64,000 nt of DNA from Thermodesulfovibrionales bacterium (GTDB taxonomy: Bacteria > Nitrospirota > Thermodesulfovibrionia > Thermodesulfovibrionales > SM23-35): the NCBI GenBank assembly GCA_963716185.1, contig OY970295.1, positions 3,163,316-3,227,315 of the forward strand, written 5' to 3'. Shown piece after piece: positions 8,986 to 18,806 of this stretch; within the stretch, counting starts at the first letter, position 1, and each line of letters starts with the position of its first letter. Both the position numbers and the translations under genes were made by a program. The notes beneath the pieces are model-generated. The model had not been told where the DNA came from, ran no database searches, and saw nothing but the letters and a program-made list of their open reading frames with translations.

Positions 8986-9207
8986 ATGGTTGATGAAGCC
9001 GGTGCTGTGAATGAAGACAAGATACGAGAAATTCTCGGCAGCCTGCAATGCATTCTGGAGGCGCATGATAGTTGCGCGGAGTTAATAGAGTTTGAAGAAA
9101 ACAGGGCCGTAATCTACTGCGGCGGCCCCTGTGTCCGCTGCGATAACAGATGCATTGAGGAGGCGATTAAAGAGAAATTTCCCTATGTTCAAGTAATTAT
9201 TGAATAG
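8986..9207 (+). CDS. NifU C-terminal (Nfu)-like small Cys-rich protein
   Basis: Nfu-like layout: LEAHDSCAELI..CGGPCVRC..IEEAIKEKFP. Confidence 0.6.
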   Translation: MVDEAGAVNEDKIREILGSLQCILEAHDSCAELIEFEENRAVIYCGGPCVRCDNRCIEEAIKEKFPYVQVIIE

Positions 9208-9337
9208 ATAACTGCAATGTACTGATTATATGTATATTTTATGATTTGGAAATACCGAAATAATAAGCCAAAGCCATTTTTTGCCGAAGGCCTGAAAGAT
9301 ATCGGGCGATTTTCATATATGGCTGATTCTCAATATT

Positions 9338-11440
9338 TTAAGTATTATCTTCTTTATTGGGGAGAGTAAAGTAGAATATTGAACCTGCGCCGGGTTCTGG
9401 TTCTACCCAAATTCTTCCACCGTGACGCTCCACAATCTTCTTACAGATTGCGAGACCAATGCCTGTGCCTTCATACTCTTCCTTGGTATGAAGTCGCTGG
9501 AAGATGACGAATATTCGTTCTGCAAATTTCGGATCAATTCCGATCCCGTTGTCCTTAACGGAAAAAACCCATTCATCTCCTTTATGGTCGGCTGAAATGT
9601 GGATCTTCAAAGGTTTATCGCTGCGGAACTTAATAGCGTTACTTATCAAGTTCTGAAATAAGCGGCTTAGCTGTGAAGCATCTACAGTTACTGTCGGCAG
9701 GAGATCGTAAGTCAGTTCTACGCCGCTTTCTTCGATTACTGAATGAAGACTGTGAATAGCCTCTTCCAGAGCTACCGAGCAATTTACCGGTCTGAAGGGT
9801 TTTCCCTTTCTGCCTACCTGCGAATATTCAAGAAGATCCTGGATGAGTCTTTCCATCCTTTTGACACCCTCGACTATATAATCGATGTATTCATCAGCCT
9901 TTTCATCGAGGTTGCCTTTATAACGCTTCTCCAGAAGTGTCGCAAAACCGCCTACATTACGCAACGGCTCCTTCAGGTCATGCGATGCCGCATAGGCGAA
10001 CTGTTTCAGATCGGCATTGGAACGTGACAACTCATCCGATATTTGTTTCAATGCCTCGGTACGCTTTTCTACCAGATCCTCGAGGTCTTCGCGGTGCTTT
10101 CTTAATTCTTCCTCCGTCTTTTTCCGTTCAGAGATGTCACGTATTATTATGCTGGTCCTGATGTTGCCTTCTTTATCCTTAAATAAGGCCGATGACTGTT
10201 CGCAGGGAAATTTAGTCCCATCTTTACGCATGACTGTGATTTCCCCCCGCGCCCTGCCCATATGTGCACGTTCATCAAGAAAAGCTATAACTCCGGGGTC
10301 TGTCATATCCACAATGCCTTCCCTTCCGATCGCACGGATCTCTTCCTCGGTCCTTCCAAAGATACGGCACGCCTCCGGATTGGCGGCAAGTATACTTCCA
10401 TCCGGCGAAGTGAGAAGTATGCCGTCTATACTATTATAAAAAAGCGACCTGTATCGTTCCTCGCTCTCCCGCAGCGCCTCCTCTGCTGCAAGCTTCTTTT
10501 TCTCATTGGCCAGGGAACTTATCGCAAAAGAGATATCTTCTGCCAGGGAAGAGAAGAGACCTATTTCTTCATCGGTAAAAAACTGCGGCTTGCCTGAATA
10601 TATAGTGAAGGCGCCCATGACCGCCGAACCGGTATGAAGGGGGAAAGCCGCAGAGGACCGGAACCCGTGCCGAATGGCATTTTCACGCCATGGAAGCATA
10701 TGTGGATCATGTTCTATGTCGCTGCAAATGGAATAGATATCTTCAAAAACGGCCTTTCCTGTAGGCCCTCTGCCTTCCGGGACATCGGCAGCGTAGATCC
10801 TGATATCCTTGAGGTAGCCGCCCGTGTCCCCATAGCTGGCAACCGGGCTGACACTGAGAGATTCAGGATCTGTAAGACCTATCCACGCCATTTTGAATTG
10901 ACCGTCTTCAACAGCGATGCGGCATACTCGTTCATATAATTTTTCAGGATCGCGGATGCGAACGATGGCCTCGTTGACTTTGCTGAGCACAGAGTATAGC
11001 CGGTTCAAACGCAGAATATTATCCTCGGCCCGCTTGCGCTCGGTGACGTCCCGCCACGTCACCGCGAAGCCGTCACCAAACTTCACTGCCTGAAAGTCAA
11101 AAGTGCGGGATAGACGCTGACCTCTTCCGTACTCATCTTCATAGAGAAAGTTTTCCTTGACGAGCGGTTGTCCGGTCTCAACTACCCGTATATAATCATC
11201 GAGCAAACCGCTTCCCTTATGGAAAGGCAACAATTCCAGAAGGGTATGGCCGATCTGTTCCTCAGGGGTCCTCTGATTTAACCGACAACCTGACTCATTG
11301 ATATATTCATATCGGAAGTCAGTAATATGGCCATCATCATTTCGTATGGCAGAGAAGATAGCGAAACCGTCCAGCATAGTTTCCACAGCGGTGCCGGGCC
11401 ATATGTCCTCCGCTATTTTGTGACGTTTATTAGAAATCAT
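9338..11440 (-). CDS. PAS-GAF-PAS sensor histidine kinase
   Basis: FAYAASHDLKEPL H-box, QNLISNAIKF, DNGIG, GTGIGL. PAS and GAF segments. Confidence 0.92.
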   Translation of the reverse strand: MISNKRHKIAEDIWPGTAVETMLDGFAIFSAIRNDDGHITDFRYEYINESGCRLNQRTPEEQIGHTLLELLPFHKGSGLLDDYIRVVETGQPLVKENFLYEDEYGRGQRLSRTFDFQAVKFGDGFAVTWRDVTERKRAEDNILRLNRLYSVLSKVNEAIVRIRDPEKLYERVCRIAVEDGQFKMAWIGLTDPESLSVSPVASYGDTGGYLKDIRIYAADVPEGRGPTGKAVFEDIYSICSDIEHDPHMLPWRENAIRHGFRSSAAFPLHTGSAVMGAFTIYSGKPQFFTDEEIGLFSSLAEDISFAISSLANEKKKLAAEEALRESEERYRSLFYNSIDGILLTSPDGSILAANPEACRIFGRTEEEIRAIGREGIVDMTDPGVIAFLDERAHMGRARGEITVMRKDGTKFPCEQSSALFKDKEGNIRTSIIIRDISERKKTEEELRKHREDLEDLVEKRTEALKQISDELSRSNADLKQFAYAASHDLKEPLRNVGGFATLLEKRYKGNLDEKADEYIDYIVEGVKRMERLIQDLLEYSQVGRKGKPFRPVNCSVALEEAIHSLHSVIEESGVELTYDLLPTVTVDASQLSRLFQNLISNAIKFRSDKPLKIHISADHKGDEWVFSVKDNGIGIDPKFAERIFVIFQRLHTKEEYEGTGIGLAICKKIVERHGGRIWVEPEPGAGSIFYFTLPNKEDNT

Positions 11441-11875
11441 AACTATTTGGAGTTTATCGTCAAGGGCTTAGCCTTGTCAATCAAACGGGTCAAATGACTT
11501 TGGCATTATCAATTTGTTTGTAATCTTCAATATGATGGCTCTTCCAGACCCGAGTATTCCATGAAGAAACGATGTCTCTTCATGTTCTTTGATCAAGAAC
11601 TTTTATCCCGGTCTTAAAAAGTAAGAAAAGCGAACCGATGAGAATCTCTTATGGCAATTATTATCAAAAAGGAAAACAATAAGATTTGTTATACTTAAAT
11701 GTAAGGCGAATTTTGATCCTTAATATTCAAATAGAGCTTGTCTATAACTTCTAATTCTAAGAGCGGTCTGTTGTTTAGACTGAGAAATATGTTATTGAAA
11801 TGAAAGAGCGATTCCCACGATAGTGAATCTATAAGAAAGGACCAGTATGAGTTAAGACAACTGGCAAAGGAGAAA

Positions 11876-12214
11876 ATGAAACGTTTAGTATTATTGTCAA
11901 TTATGCTGCTAAGTCTTGTGTTTTCAACCATGGGGAAGAGCATTTTTGCTGAGCAACCAACAGAAAATACAAAAGACAAAACTGCGTTGTCCGGGAAGGT
12001 AGTTGAAACAATAGACAGTGGTAGATACACTTATGTGTGTCTTGAGAAGAACAATGAAAAGATATGGGTAGCGGTCTACAAAATGAAAGTAGTTGTAGGG
12101 CAGGATATGTCGTTTCAACCCGGAATCGAGATGGTAAATTTTGAGAGTAGAACTCTCAAACGCAAATTCGATAAGATTTATTTTTCCGGTGGGCCAATAA
12201 ATATTGAGAAATGA
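11876..12214 (+). CDS. Exported NrfJ-like/OB-fold hypothetical protein
   Basis: Signal peptide, GKVVETIDSGRYTYV..IWVA..FESRTLKRKFDKIYF. RBS AAGGAG. Confidence 0.6.
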   Translation: MKRLVLLSIMLLSLVFSTMGKSIFAEQPTENTKDKTALSGKVVETIDSGRYTYVCLEKNNEKIWVAVYKMKVVVGQDMSFQPGIEMVNFESRTLKRKFDKIYFSGGPINIEK

Positions 12215-12333
12215 AATGAACTCCAAAATCCTTCTATAGATTATCTTTTTAAATAGCGAAAATAGTCAATACAATCTGTTCCCATATTATGGGCCTGTTT
12301 TATTTAAACGGTGCAGTGGAGTAACCCGAGCAT

Positions 12334-12705
12334 ATGAGCGTTTTTGAAAAGGGACTGATCACGATACTCGCCTGCAATGTCCTCTTCGTGTTTATCGCAA
12401 TCCCACTAATCCTCCGCAAGGTTCCTCGAAACATCGTTTATGGCTTCCGGACGCGTGCTACACTTAGTGACGACCACGTATGGTACGAGGCCAATGCCTA
12501 CTTTGGACGTGGCCTCGTCATCGCAAGCGTCATTACGGCTATTGCGGCCTTGATTTTCTATTATATGCACGGTATTTCTCCCGGGTTTTTCCTGAAGGCC
12601 TCCATTGTCGTTTTAGTCGCGCCACCACTCGTGGCCACACTCGCCACCGCGCATTTCATTCGCTCTCTAACTCCAGGTGGTTCCGCAGGCCATCGCCCTC
12701 ATTAG
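12334..12705 (+). CDS. SdpI/YhfL family membrane protein
   Basis: VPRNIVYGFRTRATLSDDHVWYEANAYFG motif, three TM segments. Confidence 0.8.
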   Translation: MSVFEKGLITILACNVLFVFIAIPLILRKVPRNIVYGFRTRATLSDDHVWYEANAYFGRGLVIASVITAIAALIFYYMHGISPGFFLKASIVVLVAPPLVATLATAHFIRSLTPGGSAGHRPH

Positions 12706-12865
12706 CTCTTGTCTGCCATGCGCGTCATGTGCCCCTACACCCATTTAGAGGACACCCATTTAGAGGACAAAGGGGCATATCAGCATCAATAACTCAAAGA
12801 TAGGTAAGCCACTGGTTTGACCAGTGAGACTATAAAAGGTTTGACCTTGCAGGATTAAGTAAGAT

Positions 12866-13410
12866 AAACCTCCAGAGAGGCTTGACGGTAGTCAAAGTCT
12901 ATCTGGAGGTTTATGGATAGTTACAAGAGATTAACACACTCGAAGTACGATTGTAAGTATCATGTGGTATTTGTTCCCAAAGGTCGGAAGAAAACGCTCT
13001 TTGGGAAAATCAGGAAGTATCTGAAGGGAGTATTTCACGAATTGGCGCGGCAGAAGGGATGCGAGATCATTTCTGGGCACATGGCGATGGATCATGTGCA
13101 CATGTGTATTTCGATTCCGCCGAAATACTCTGTCTCAGAGGTGATAGGGTATCTGAAGGGCAAGAGTGCAATAGCCGTGGCACGGCAATTTGGAGACAAG
13201 CAGAGGAATTTCAATGGAGAAAACCTTTGGGCTCGCGGATATGCTGTGTCAACGGTTGGCTTTGAGCTGGACAAGATCAAGGAGTACATTGCCCATCAGG
13301 AAAAGCTGGACAATGAACAAGAAGAGGGCAGGTTTTAGTATAAACCCAAACGGTCGTCTTTGAGACGGCTCACAACCGTCAAGCCTCCCTCTTTGAGGGA
13401 GCGTTATGAC
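12866..13410 (+). mobile_element. IS200/IS605-family insertion sequence (tnpA only)
   Basis: Left hairpin AAACCTCCAGA..TCTGGAGGTTT 12866-12912, right hairpins 13355-13367 and 13385-13401, flanking a Y1 transposase. Ends approximate. Confidence 0.8.
12913..13338 (+). CDS. tnpA: IS200/IS605 family Y1 transposase
   Basis: CKYHVVF, DHVH (HUH), LKGKS, WARGY, catalytic YIAHQ. Confidence 0.95.
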   Translation: MDSYKRLTHSKYDCKYHVVFVPKGRKKTLFGKIRKYLKGVFHELARQKGCEIISGHMAMDHVHMCISIPPKYSVSEVIGYLKGKSAIAVARQFGDKQRNFNGENLWARGYAVSTVGFELDKIKEYIAHQEKLDNEQEEGRF

Positions 13411-13745
13411 TCTGAAGCGTTGAGTAGTAGGTGAAAGAAAGAATCTGACATCATTGTATTGCTGCATCTCATTATGTACGCCCGGAAACAAGTCTTTCTC
13501 CCCGTATTCAATACCCTGCCAGTTGGCAACGCTTCATTGAAATGGAAAACAAAGCTCCTAATTTGACCCTATTTTGTTTGCTTCAAGGGAACTAATCGGA
13601 TAAAGCTATCAGACTTTCCTACTTCACTATTTCTCTGCCAAGCGTCGCACAGACCACGGATTGAAGTGACCACAAAAGATGACGTTGAAATGGTAATGGT
13701 GATGAGCCGGAACATCTCTATTAAGAAATGTCTTGCGGGATCAGG

Positions 13746-16112
13746 TCATCTTATTGTCGCAACGGTCACCCCGATGCCGCCTTCTTCTGTTGTTCCGCTT
13801 CTGAAGTTTTTTATGAGGGGATGTTCGGTCAAATGTTCGCGTATTGCTTTCATCAGCAGGCCTTTGCCGACGCCGTGAATAATTGTGACCTCCCGCAGTT
13901 CCGACAATGAGGCATGATTGAGGAAATGTTCGAGTCGTGAGAGTGCCTCGTCCACCCTCAACCCCACAAGGTTTATCCTTGATGAAACCGCTTCGTCAGC
14001 TTTAGCAGACTGGACAGAGACTCTTGCCTCTGGCATGGATTTCCCTCTCTTAAATCTTATATCGGAAATAGGGACCTCGACCTCCATATTCTGGGCCATC
14101 ACCTTTAAGCGGTTATTCTTACGGTTTACTTCAATAACGGGTGCGTCATATCCAAGTGAGGTTACATAGACAACATCTCTTTTATTTATCTCTTCTATGG
14201 CGGGAGCCCCGTGATCTCCGGCATCGAATTCCCTGAGCTTTTCAACAACAGATTCCTGGACGGTTTCGATTTCTTTCATGGTCTTTTGACGTTCGCTCTT
14301 TTCCTGCATCTTGATATCGTAGAGAAAGGAGTTCATCCGCCTTTTCGTATCTGAAATAAGATCAGATGCCTCTCTATAGGCATCAGCGAGGACCTCCTTC
14401 TGCTTCTGTCTTGCATCAGACAGTATTTTTTCGATAAGTCTGTTTCTCTCCTCTAATTCCGATTGCAGCTTCCGGATGTTCTCAAGTGTATCTTCATATT
14501 CAGATCTTCTTAGGTTCAGGTCGGATATCATGCGGTCAAAGTCAATCTTTGCGCTACCGAGCATCTTTTTCGCGTCATCTATCAGGCTGTCGGGAAGACC
14601 ATATCTCCTTGCTATCTCAAGGGCATGCGATTGTCCGGGCTCTCCGGACCTTAACCTGTAAAGGGGCGTCAGAGTCTTAAGATCAAATGTCATCGAGGCG
14701 TTGACCATTCCCTCCGTCCTGTGCACAAACCCTTTTATATCGGCCAGGTGCGTCGTAGCAAAAGCAAGAGCGCCGCTCTTTCGTATCTCTTTCAGAATAG
14801 AGCAGGCGAGGGCGGCCCCTTCCTCAGGGTCGGTGCCGGTGCCGAGTTCATCGATCAGCACGACCGTTTCCGGATCTTTCTTCATAAGGATTTCGGAAAT
14901 ATTTGATATATGCGCGGAAAAGGTGGAAAGATTATTTTCGATCGACTGTTCGTCTCCTATGTCTACGAGCAGGTTTTGAATTAGAGGAATGCTCGTTGGG
15001 GATTCCGCAGGCACCGGTATGCCGGATAACGCCATAAGCAGGAGCAGGCCTATGGTCTTGATCGCGATAGTCTTGCCGCCGGCATTGGCGCCTGTTATGA
15101 CCATTACCGTATTGTCACCGCCCAATCTTACGTCAAGAGGGACTATTTCATGCGCACTGTTCGACTTGCGAAGCGAAATCTGCAGAAGTGGATGTCTCGC
15201 GCCGGCAATCTCAATAACATTGGAGTCATTTATCTGCGGGGATTTCATATTCAGAAGGTCTGCAAACTTTGCAATGCAGTTCAGGACATCAAGCTTAACG
15301 ACTGTTTTGAACTCATCGTCCACATCGTCAACAACTTTTCTTATCATCGAGCAGATATTACGCAAGATGCGTATCTCTTCAGCCTTTTGTTCGGCGATGA
15401 GATTTTCGAGTTCGTTGGCGAGATTTATTATGCCGAGCGGCTCGATAAATGCGGTCTCCCCGGACTTAGATATATCATGGACCACGCCAGGCACCATTCC
15501 CTTTGAGTCCATCCTGACCGGTATGACCCACCTTCCTGACCTCGTTGTAACAAAGTCATCCTGCAGGAGGGCCGACAGCCTATCGTCCCTGACTATCTCT
15601 TCAAGGTTCTTTCTTATTCTCCCTTCGAGTCTCCTTATCTTTGCCCTGAGATCAGCGAGCAGGGACGAGGCGCTGTCAAGGATGTTGCCTTCACTGTCGA
15701 TAGATCTCTTAAGGACCTTTAGAATGTCGGGGAACCCGGTGAGATGAGCAGCAATCTGGTTCAAGAAGGGGAGGTCCTGTCTCTCTCCTATTTGTTCTGA
15801 TATGTCAGAGGCTATGCTCAAAAGAGGGATGAAATCAGCCAGTTCAACGGCTTCGAGTACGGCCCCTTCCGGCCTTATCCTGATAATCAGGCGCGATATA
15901 TCCGGGAAAGCCGACAATCTGAGCGGTCTGCCCTCATGGGACATCCTGCGTATCTCGTAGACCTGCTGGAGCTTCCTTTCAATATCCGTTTTATTGTTCA
16001 GCGGACGGATGTCCGACACAGATATCTTTGAGGCGTCGCTATTGGCAAAGTCAGAGATCAGCCTGAGGAGTTTGTTAAATTCGAGCAACTCAAGAGTATT
16101 TTCAGGGATCAT
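13746..16112 (-). CDS. mutS2: Endonuclease MutS2
   Basis: LEFNK N-terminus, ITGANAGGKT, DIGDEQSIE..LSTFS, DELGTGTDP, C-terminal Smr domain (IIHGVGKG). Confidence 0.95.
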   Translation of the reverse strand: MIPENTLELLEFNKLLRLISDFANSDASKISVSDIRPLNNKTDIERKLQQVYEIRRMSHEGRPLRLSAFPDISRLIIRIRPEGAVLEAVELADFIPLLSIASDISEQIGERQDLPFLNQIAAHLTGFPDILKVLKRSIDSEGNILDSASSLLADLRAKIRRLEGRIRKNLEEIVRDDRLSALLQDDFVTTRSGRWVIPVRMDSKGMVPGVVHDISKSGETAFIEPLGIINLANELENLIAEQKAEEIRILRNICSMIRKVVDDVDDEFKTVVKLDVLNCIAKFADLLNMKSPQINDSNVIEIAGARHPLLQISLRKSNSAHEIVPLDVRLGGDNTVMVITGANAGGKTIAIKTIGLLLLMALSGIPVPAESPTSIPLIQNLLVDIGDEQSIENNLSTFSAHISNISEILMKKDPETVVLIDELGTGTDPEEGAALACSILKEIRKSGALAFATTHLADIKGFVHRTEGMVNASMTFDLKTLTPLYRLRSGEPGQSHALEIARRYGLPDSLIDDAKKMLGSAKIDFDRMISDLNLRRSEYEDTLENIRKLQSELEERNRLIEKILSDARQKQKEVLADAYREASDLISDTKRRMNSFLYDIKMQEKSERQKTMKEIETVQESVVEKLREFDAGDHGAPAIEEINKRDVVYVTSLGYDAPVIEVNRKNNRLKVMAQNMEVEVPISDIRFKRGKSMPEARVSVQSAKADEAVSSRINLVGLRVDEALSRLEHFLNHASLSELREVTIIHGVGKGLLMKAIREHLTEHPLIKNFRSGTTEEGGIGVTVATIR

Positions 16113-16163
16113 ATATTGATATCACAATTACGGTTCTTCTCATACGGAAGGGCCGTACTCACA

Positions 16164-16247
16164 TCCCCCCTTCCTTGATAAGGAGGGTGGGGTGGTTGCC
16201 CAATTCCAGTTACCACCCCTTAATTCCCCTCCTAAAATAGGAGGGGA
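16164..16247. repeat. REP-like intergenic palindromes (CCCCTCC..GGAGGGG type)
   Basis: Hairpins CCTTCCTT-GAT-AAGGAGGG and TCCCCTCCTA-AAA-TAGGAGGGGA, plus GGGGTGGT/ACCACCCC. Confidence 0.6.
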
Positions 16248-16261
16248 GCTTGATAAATGGT

Positions 16262-17494
16262 TTAGGGATTATAGTATTTCTTCTTCTTTTTCAAATACTC
16301 CTGTTCGACGTGTCCGCCGTAATCATGGGGATATTTATAGCCTGTTCCATGTCCTAATTTCTTGGCGCCCGGATAGTGGCTGTCTTTTAGGTGGTCCGGC
16401 ACTTCCATCGTCTGCTCGGTCGTAATGTCTTTTAACGCCGCTTCGATGGCCTTATAAGACGCATTGCTTTTCGGCGCCTTCGCGATATAGACCGTTGCCT
16501 GGGCGAGCGGTATCTTTGCTTCGGGCATTCCTATGAATTCAACCGCGCGCAATGCGGATACGGCAACGACCAATGCCGTCGGATCCGCGTTTCCCACATC
16601 CTCGGAGGCGCAGATAACAATCCGTCTTGCTATGAACCGGGGGTCTTCGCCCGCATAGATCATTTTGGCCAGATAATAAATGGCTGCATCAGGGTCCGAC
16701 CCTCGCATACTCTTTATAAAGGCAGAGATCGTATCATAATGCTGGTCTCCTTTTTTATCATAGACCACAACTTTTTTCTGGATAGACTCTTCTGCTGCTT
16801 CGACTGTAATCCTTATCCTGCCTGAATCATCAGGCGGAGTTGTCAGGGCAGATAATTCTATCGCAGACAGAGATTTTCTTGCATCTCCATCGGACATTCT
16901 TGCAATGTGTTTCAGAGCGTTTTCATCCGCGACGATATTGAAATTTCCGAGACCGCGCTCCTTGTCCTCCAGGGCTTTGTGCAGGATACTCAGAATGTCT
17001 TCCTCTGAAAGAGGCTTTAATTCGAATATCTGGCTCCTTGAAAGGAGGGCGGAGTTCACATAGAAGAATGGGTTTTCTACCGTGGCTGAGATGAGGGTTA
17101 TGTTTCCCTCTTCCACATCCGGGAGAAGAGCGTCCTGCTGGAGTTTATTGAACCTGTGGATTTCGTCGAGGAAGACGATGGTCTTAATGCCTTTTGTTTT
17201 TCTCTGCTTAGCCTGCTGGATGACCTTTCTGATCTCATCGAGCCCTATAGTTGCCGCATTAAGCCATTCAAAATGTGCCTTTGTCTTTTCGGCGATTATC
17301 CTCGCGAGGGCGGTTTTGCCCGTGCCGGGTGGGCCGTAGAGTATTATTGATGTGATTCTGTCCGCTTCGATAGCACGCCTCAGCAATTTCCCGGGGCCGA
17401 GAATGTGCCCTTGTCCGGCATATTCGTCAAGGGTCCTCGGGCACATCCGGTAGGCGAGAGGCTGGTCCACAGCGCTTTCCTTAAATAAATCCAT
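16262..17494 (-). CDS. rarA: Replication-associated recombination protein A (MgsA/RarA)
   Basis: [44 protein letters not shown]. Confidence 0.95.
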   Translation of the reverse strand: MDLFKESAVDQPLAYRMCPRTLDEYAGQGHILGPGKLLRRAIEADRITSIILYGPPGTGKTALARIIAEKTKAHFEWLNAATIGLDEIRKVIQQAKQRKTKGIKTIVFLDEIHRFNKLQQDALLPDVEEGNITLISATVENPFFYVNSALLSRSQIFELKPLSEEDILSILHKALEDKERGLGNFNIVADENALKHIARMSDGDARKSLSAIELSALTTPPDDSGRIRITVEAAEESIQKKVVVYDKKGDQHYDTISAFIKSMRGSDPDAAIYYLAKMIYAGEDPRFIARRIVICASEDVGNADPTALVVAVSALRAVEFIGMPEAKIPLAQATVYIAKAPKSNASYKAIEAALKDITTEQTMEVPDHLKDSHYPGAKKLGHGTGYKYPHDYGGHVEQEYLKKKKKYYNP

Positions 17495-17629
17495 ATAGAT
17501 ATGTTCACTGATATCAACTAAATTTTCAAGTTCTCAGTGACTGTTTAAAGGTGGCTTTGGAAATGATATACTATTTTCATCCCGAAAGTTGTATGAATTT
17601 GGGGGCCTTTGTATTGAGAGGAGGCGGGA

Positions 17630-18793
17630 ATGTTCCATACGGCGGAACCTGAAGATATCCTTGACGGTAAGATTACGGATGTATATTTCGGGAGGTCACT
17701 CAGGATACTCAAGGCGAGGAAGATAAATCCGGTTGTGAAGGCGGAATTCATCGTAAAAAGCCTTCCCGATAAGTGGCCGTGGGCAATATTTGCGGGACTC
17801 GAAGAGGCGATGTATCTGATGAAGCGTTTGCCGGTCAAGGTCAGGTCGATGAGAGAAGGCTCCGTCTTTTACCCCTATGAGCCTGTCATGGAGATCGAGG
17901 GGAACTATCAGGACTTCTGCGTGTATGAGACGGCTATATTGGGGTTGATCTGTCAGGCGTCGGGCATTGCAACAAAGGCCGCGAGATTTAAAAAGCTTGC
18001 GGGTGAAAGGGCCGTGATCAGTTTCGGCGCCAGGAGGATGCATCCGGTACTTGCGCCCATGATCGAAAGAAACGCCTATATCGGCGGCTGTGACGGAGTT
18101 GCCGTGGCAAAATCCGCAGAGATTATCGGGGAAGACCCGATGGGTACAATGCCTCACGCACTTATAATATGCATGGGATCTACGGTTGACGCGATTAAGG
18201 CATATGACGAAGTTCTCGAACCTAAATTCAAGAGGGTTGCTCTGATTGATACTTTCCTGGATGAAAAATTTGAATGCCTGAATGTCGCCGAAGCGATGGG
18301 AAAGAGGCTTTTTGCCGTGAGATTCGATACGCCTTCATCGAGAAGGGGAAACTTCTATCGCATACTCGAAGAATGCAGGTGGGAACTGAATTTAAGGGGA
18401 TACCAGCATATCAAATTTTATGTGAGCGGCGGGATAAAGGAAGAGGATGTCCCCATCTTGAATCCTGTTGCAGACGGTTATGGTATCGGGACGGCAATCA
18501 GTAATGCACCCGTTGTTGACTATGCCATGGACATCATGGAGGTGGAAGGAAAGCCGCTGGCCAAAAGGGGCAAATGGTCCGGGAGCAAGAGAGTCCTGAA
18601 ATGTTCGAAGTGCGGTACGAGAAAGATAGTCCCCAATGATAAAGAAAAATATACCTGTACATGCCGCAGCAAAGAATTTGAAGACACACTCTTCCCCGTC
18701 CTTGATAAGGGGAGACAGCTTATTCAGGCGGAAGTTCCATCGAGGCTGAGAAAATCAGTCCTTCAGAATATAAAGAATCTGCCCCTGGAATGA
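17630..18793 (+). CDS. pncB: Nicotinate phosphoribosyltransferase
   Basis: TDVYF, SFGARR, GTMPHA, LIDTF, VRFDTPSSRRG, VSGG. RBS GGAGG. Confidence 0.88.
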   Translation: MFHTAEPEDILDGKITDVYFGRSLRILKARKINPVVKAEFIVKSLPDKWPWAIFAGLEEAMYLMKRLPVKVRSMREGSVFYPYEPVMEIEGNYQDFCVYETAILGLICQASGIATKAARFKKLAGERAVISFGARRMHPVLAPMIERNAYIGGCDGVAVAKSAEIIGEDPMGTMPHALIICMGSTVDAIKAYDEVLEPKFKRVALIDTFLDEKFECLNVAEAMGKRLFAVRFDTPSSRRGNFYRILEECRWELNLRGYQHIKFYVSGGIKEEDVPILNPVADGYGIGTAISNAPVVDYAMDIMEVEGKPLAKRGKWSGSKRVLKCSKCGTRKIVPNDKEKYTCTCRSKEFEDTLFPVLDKGRQLIQAEVPSRLRKSVLQNIKNLPLE

Positions 18794-18806
18794 CGGAGTG
18801 CCTCCC

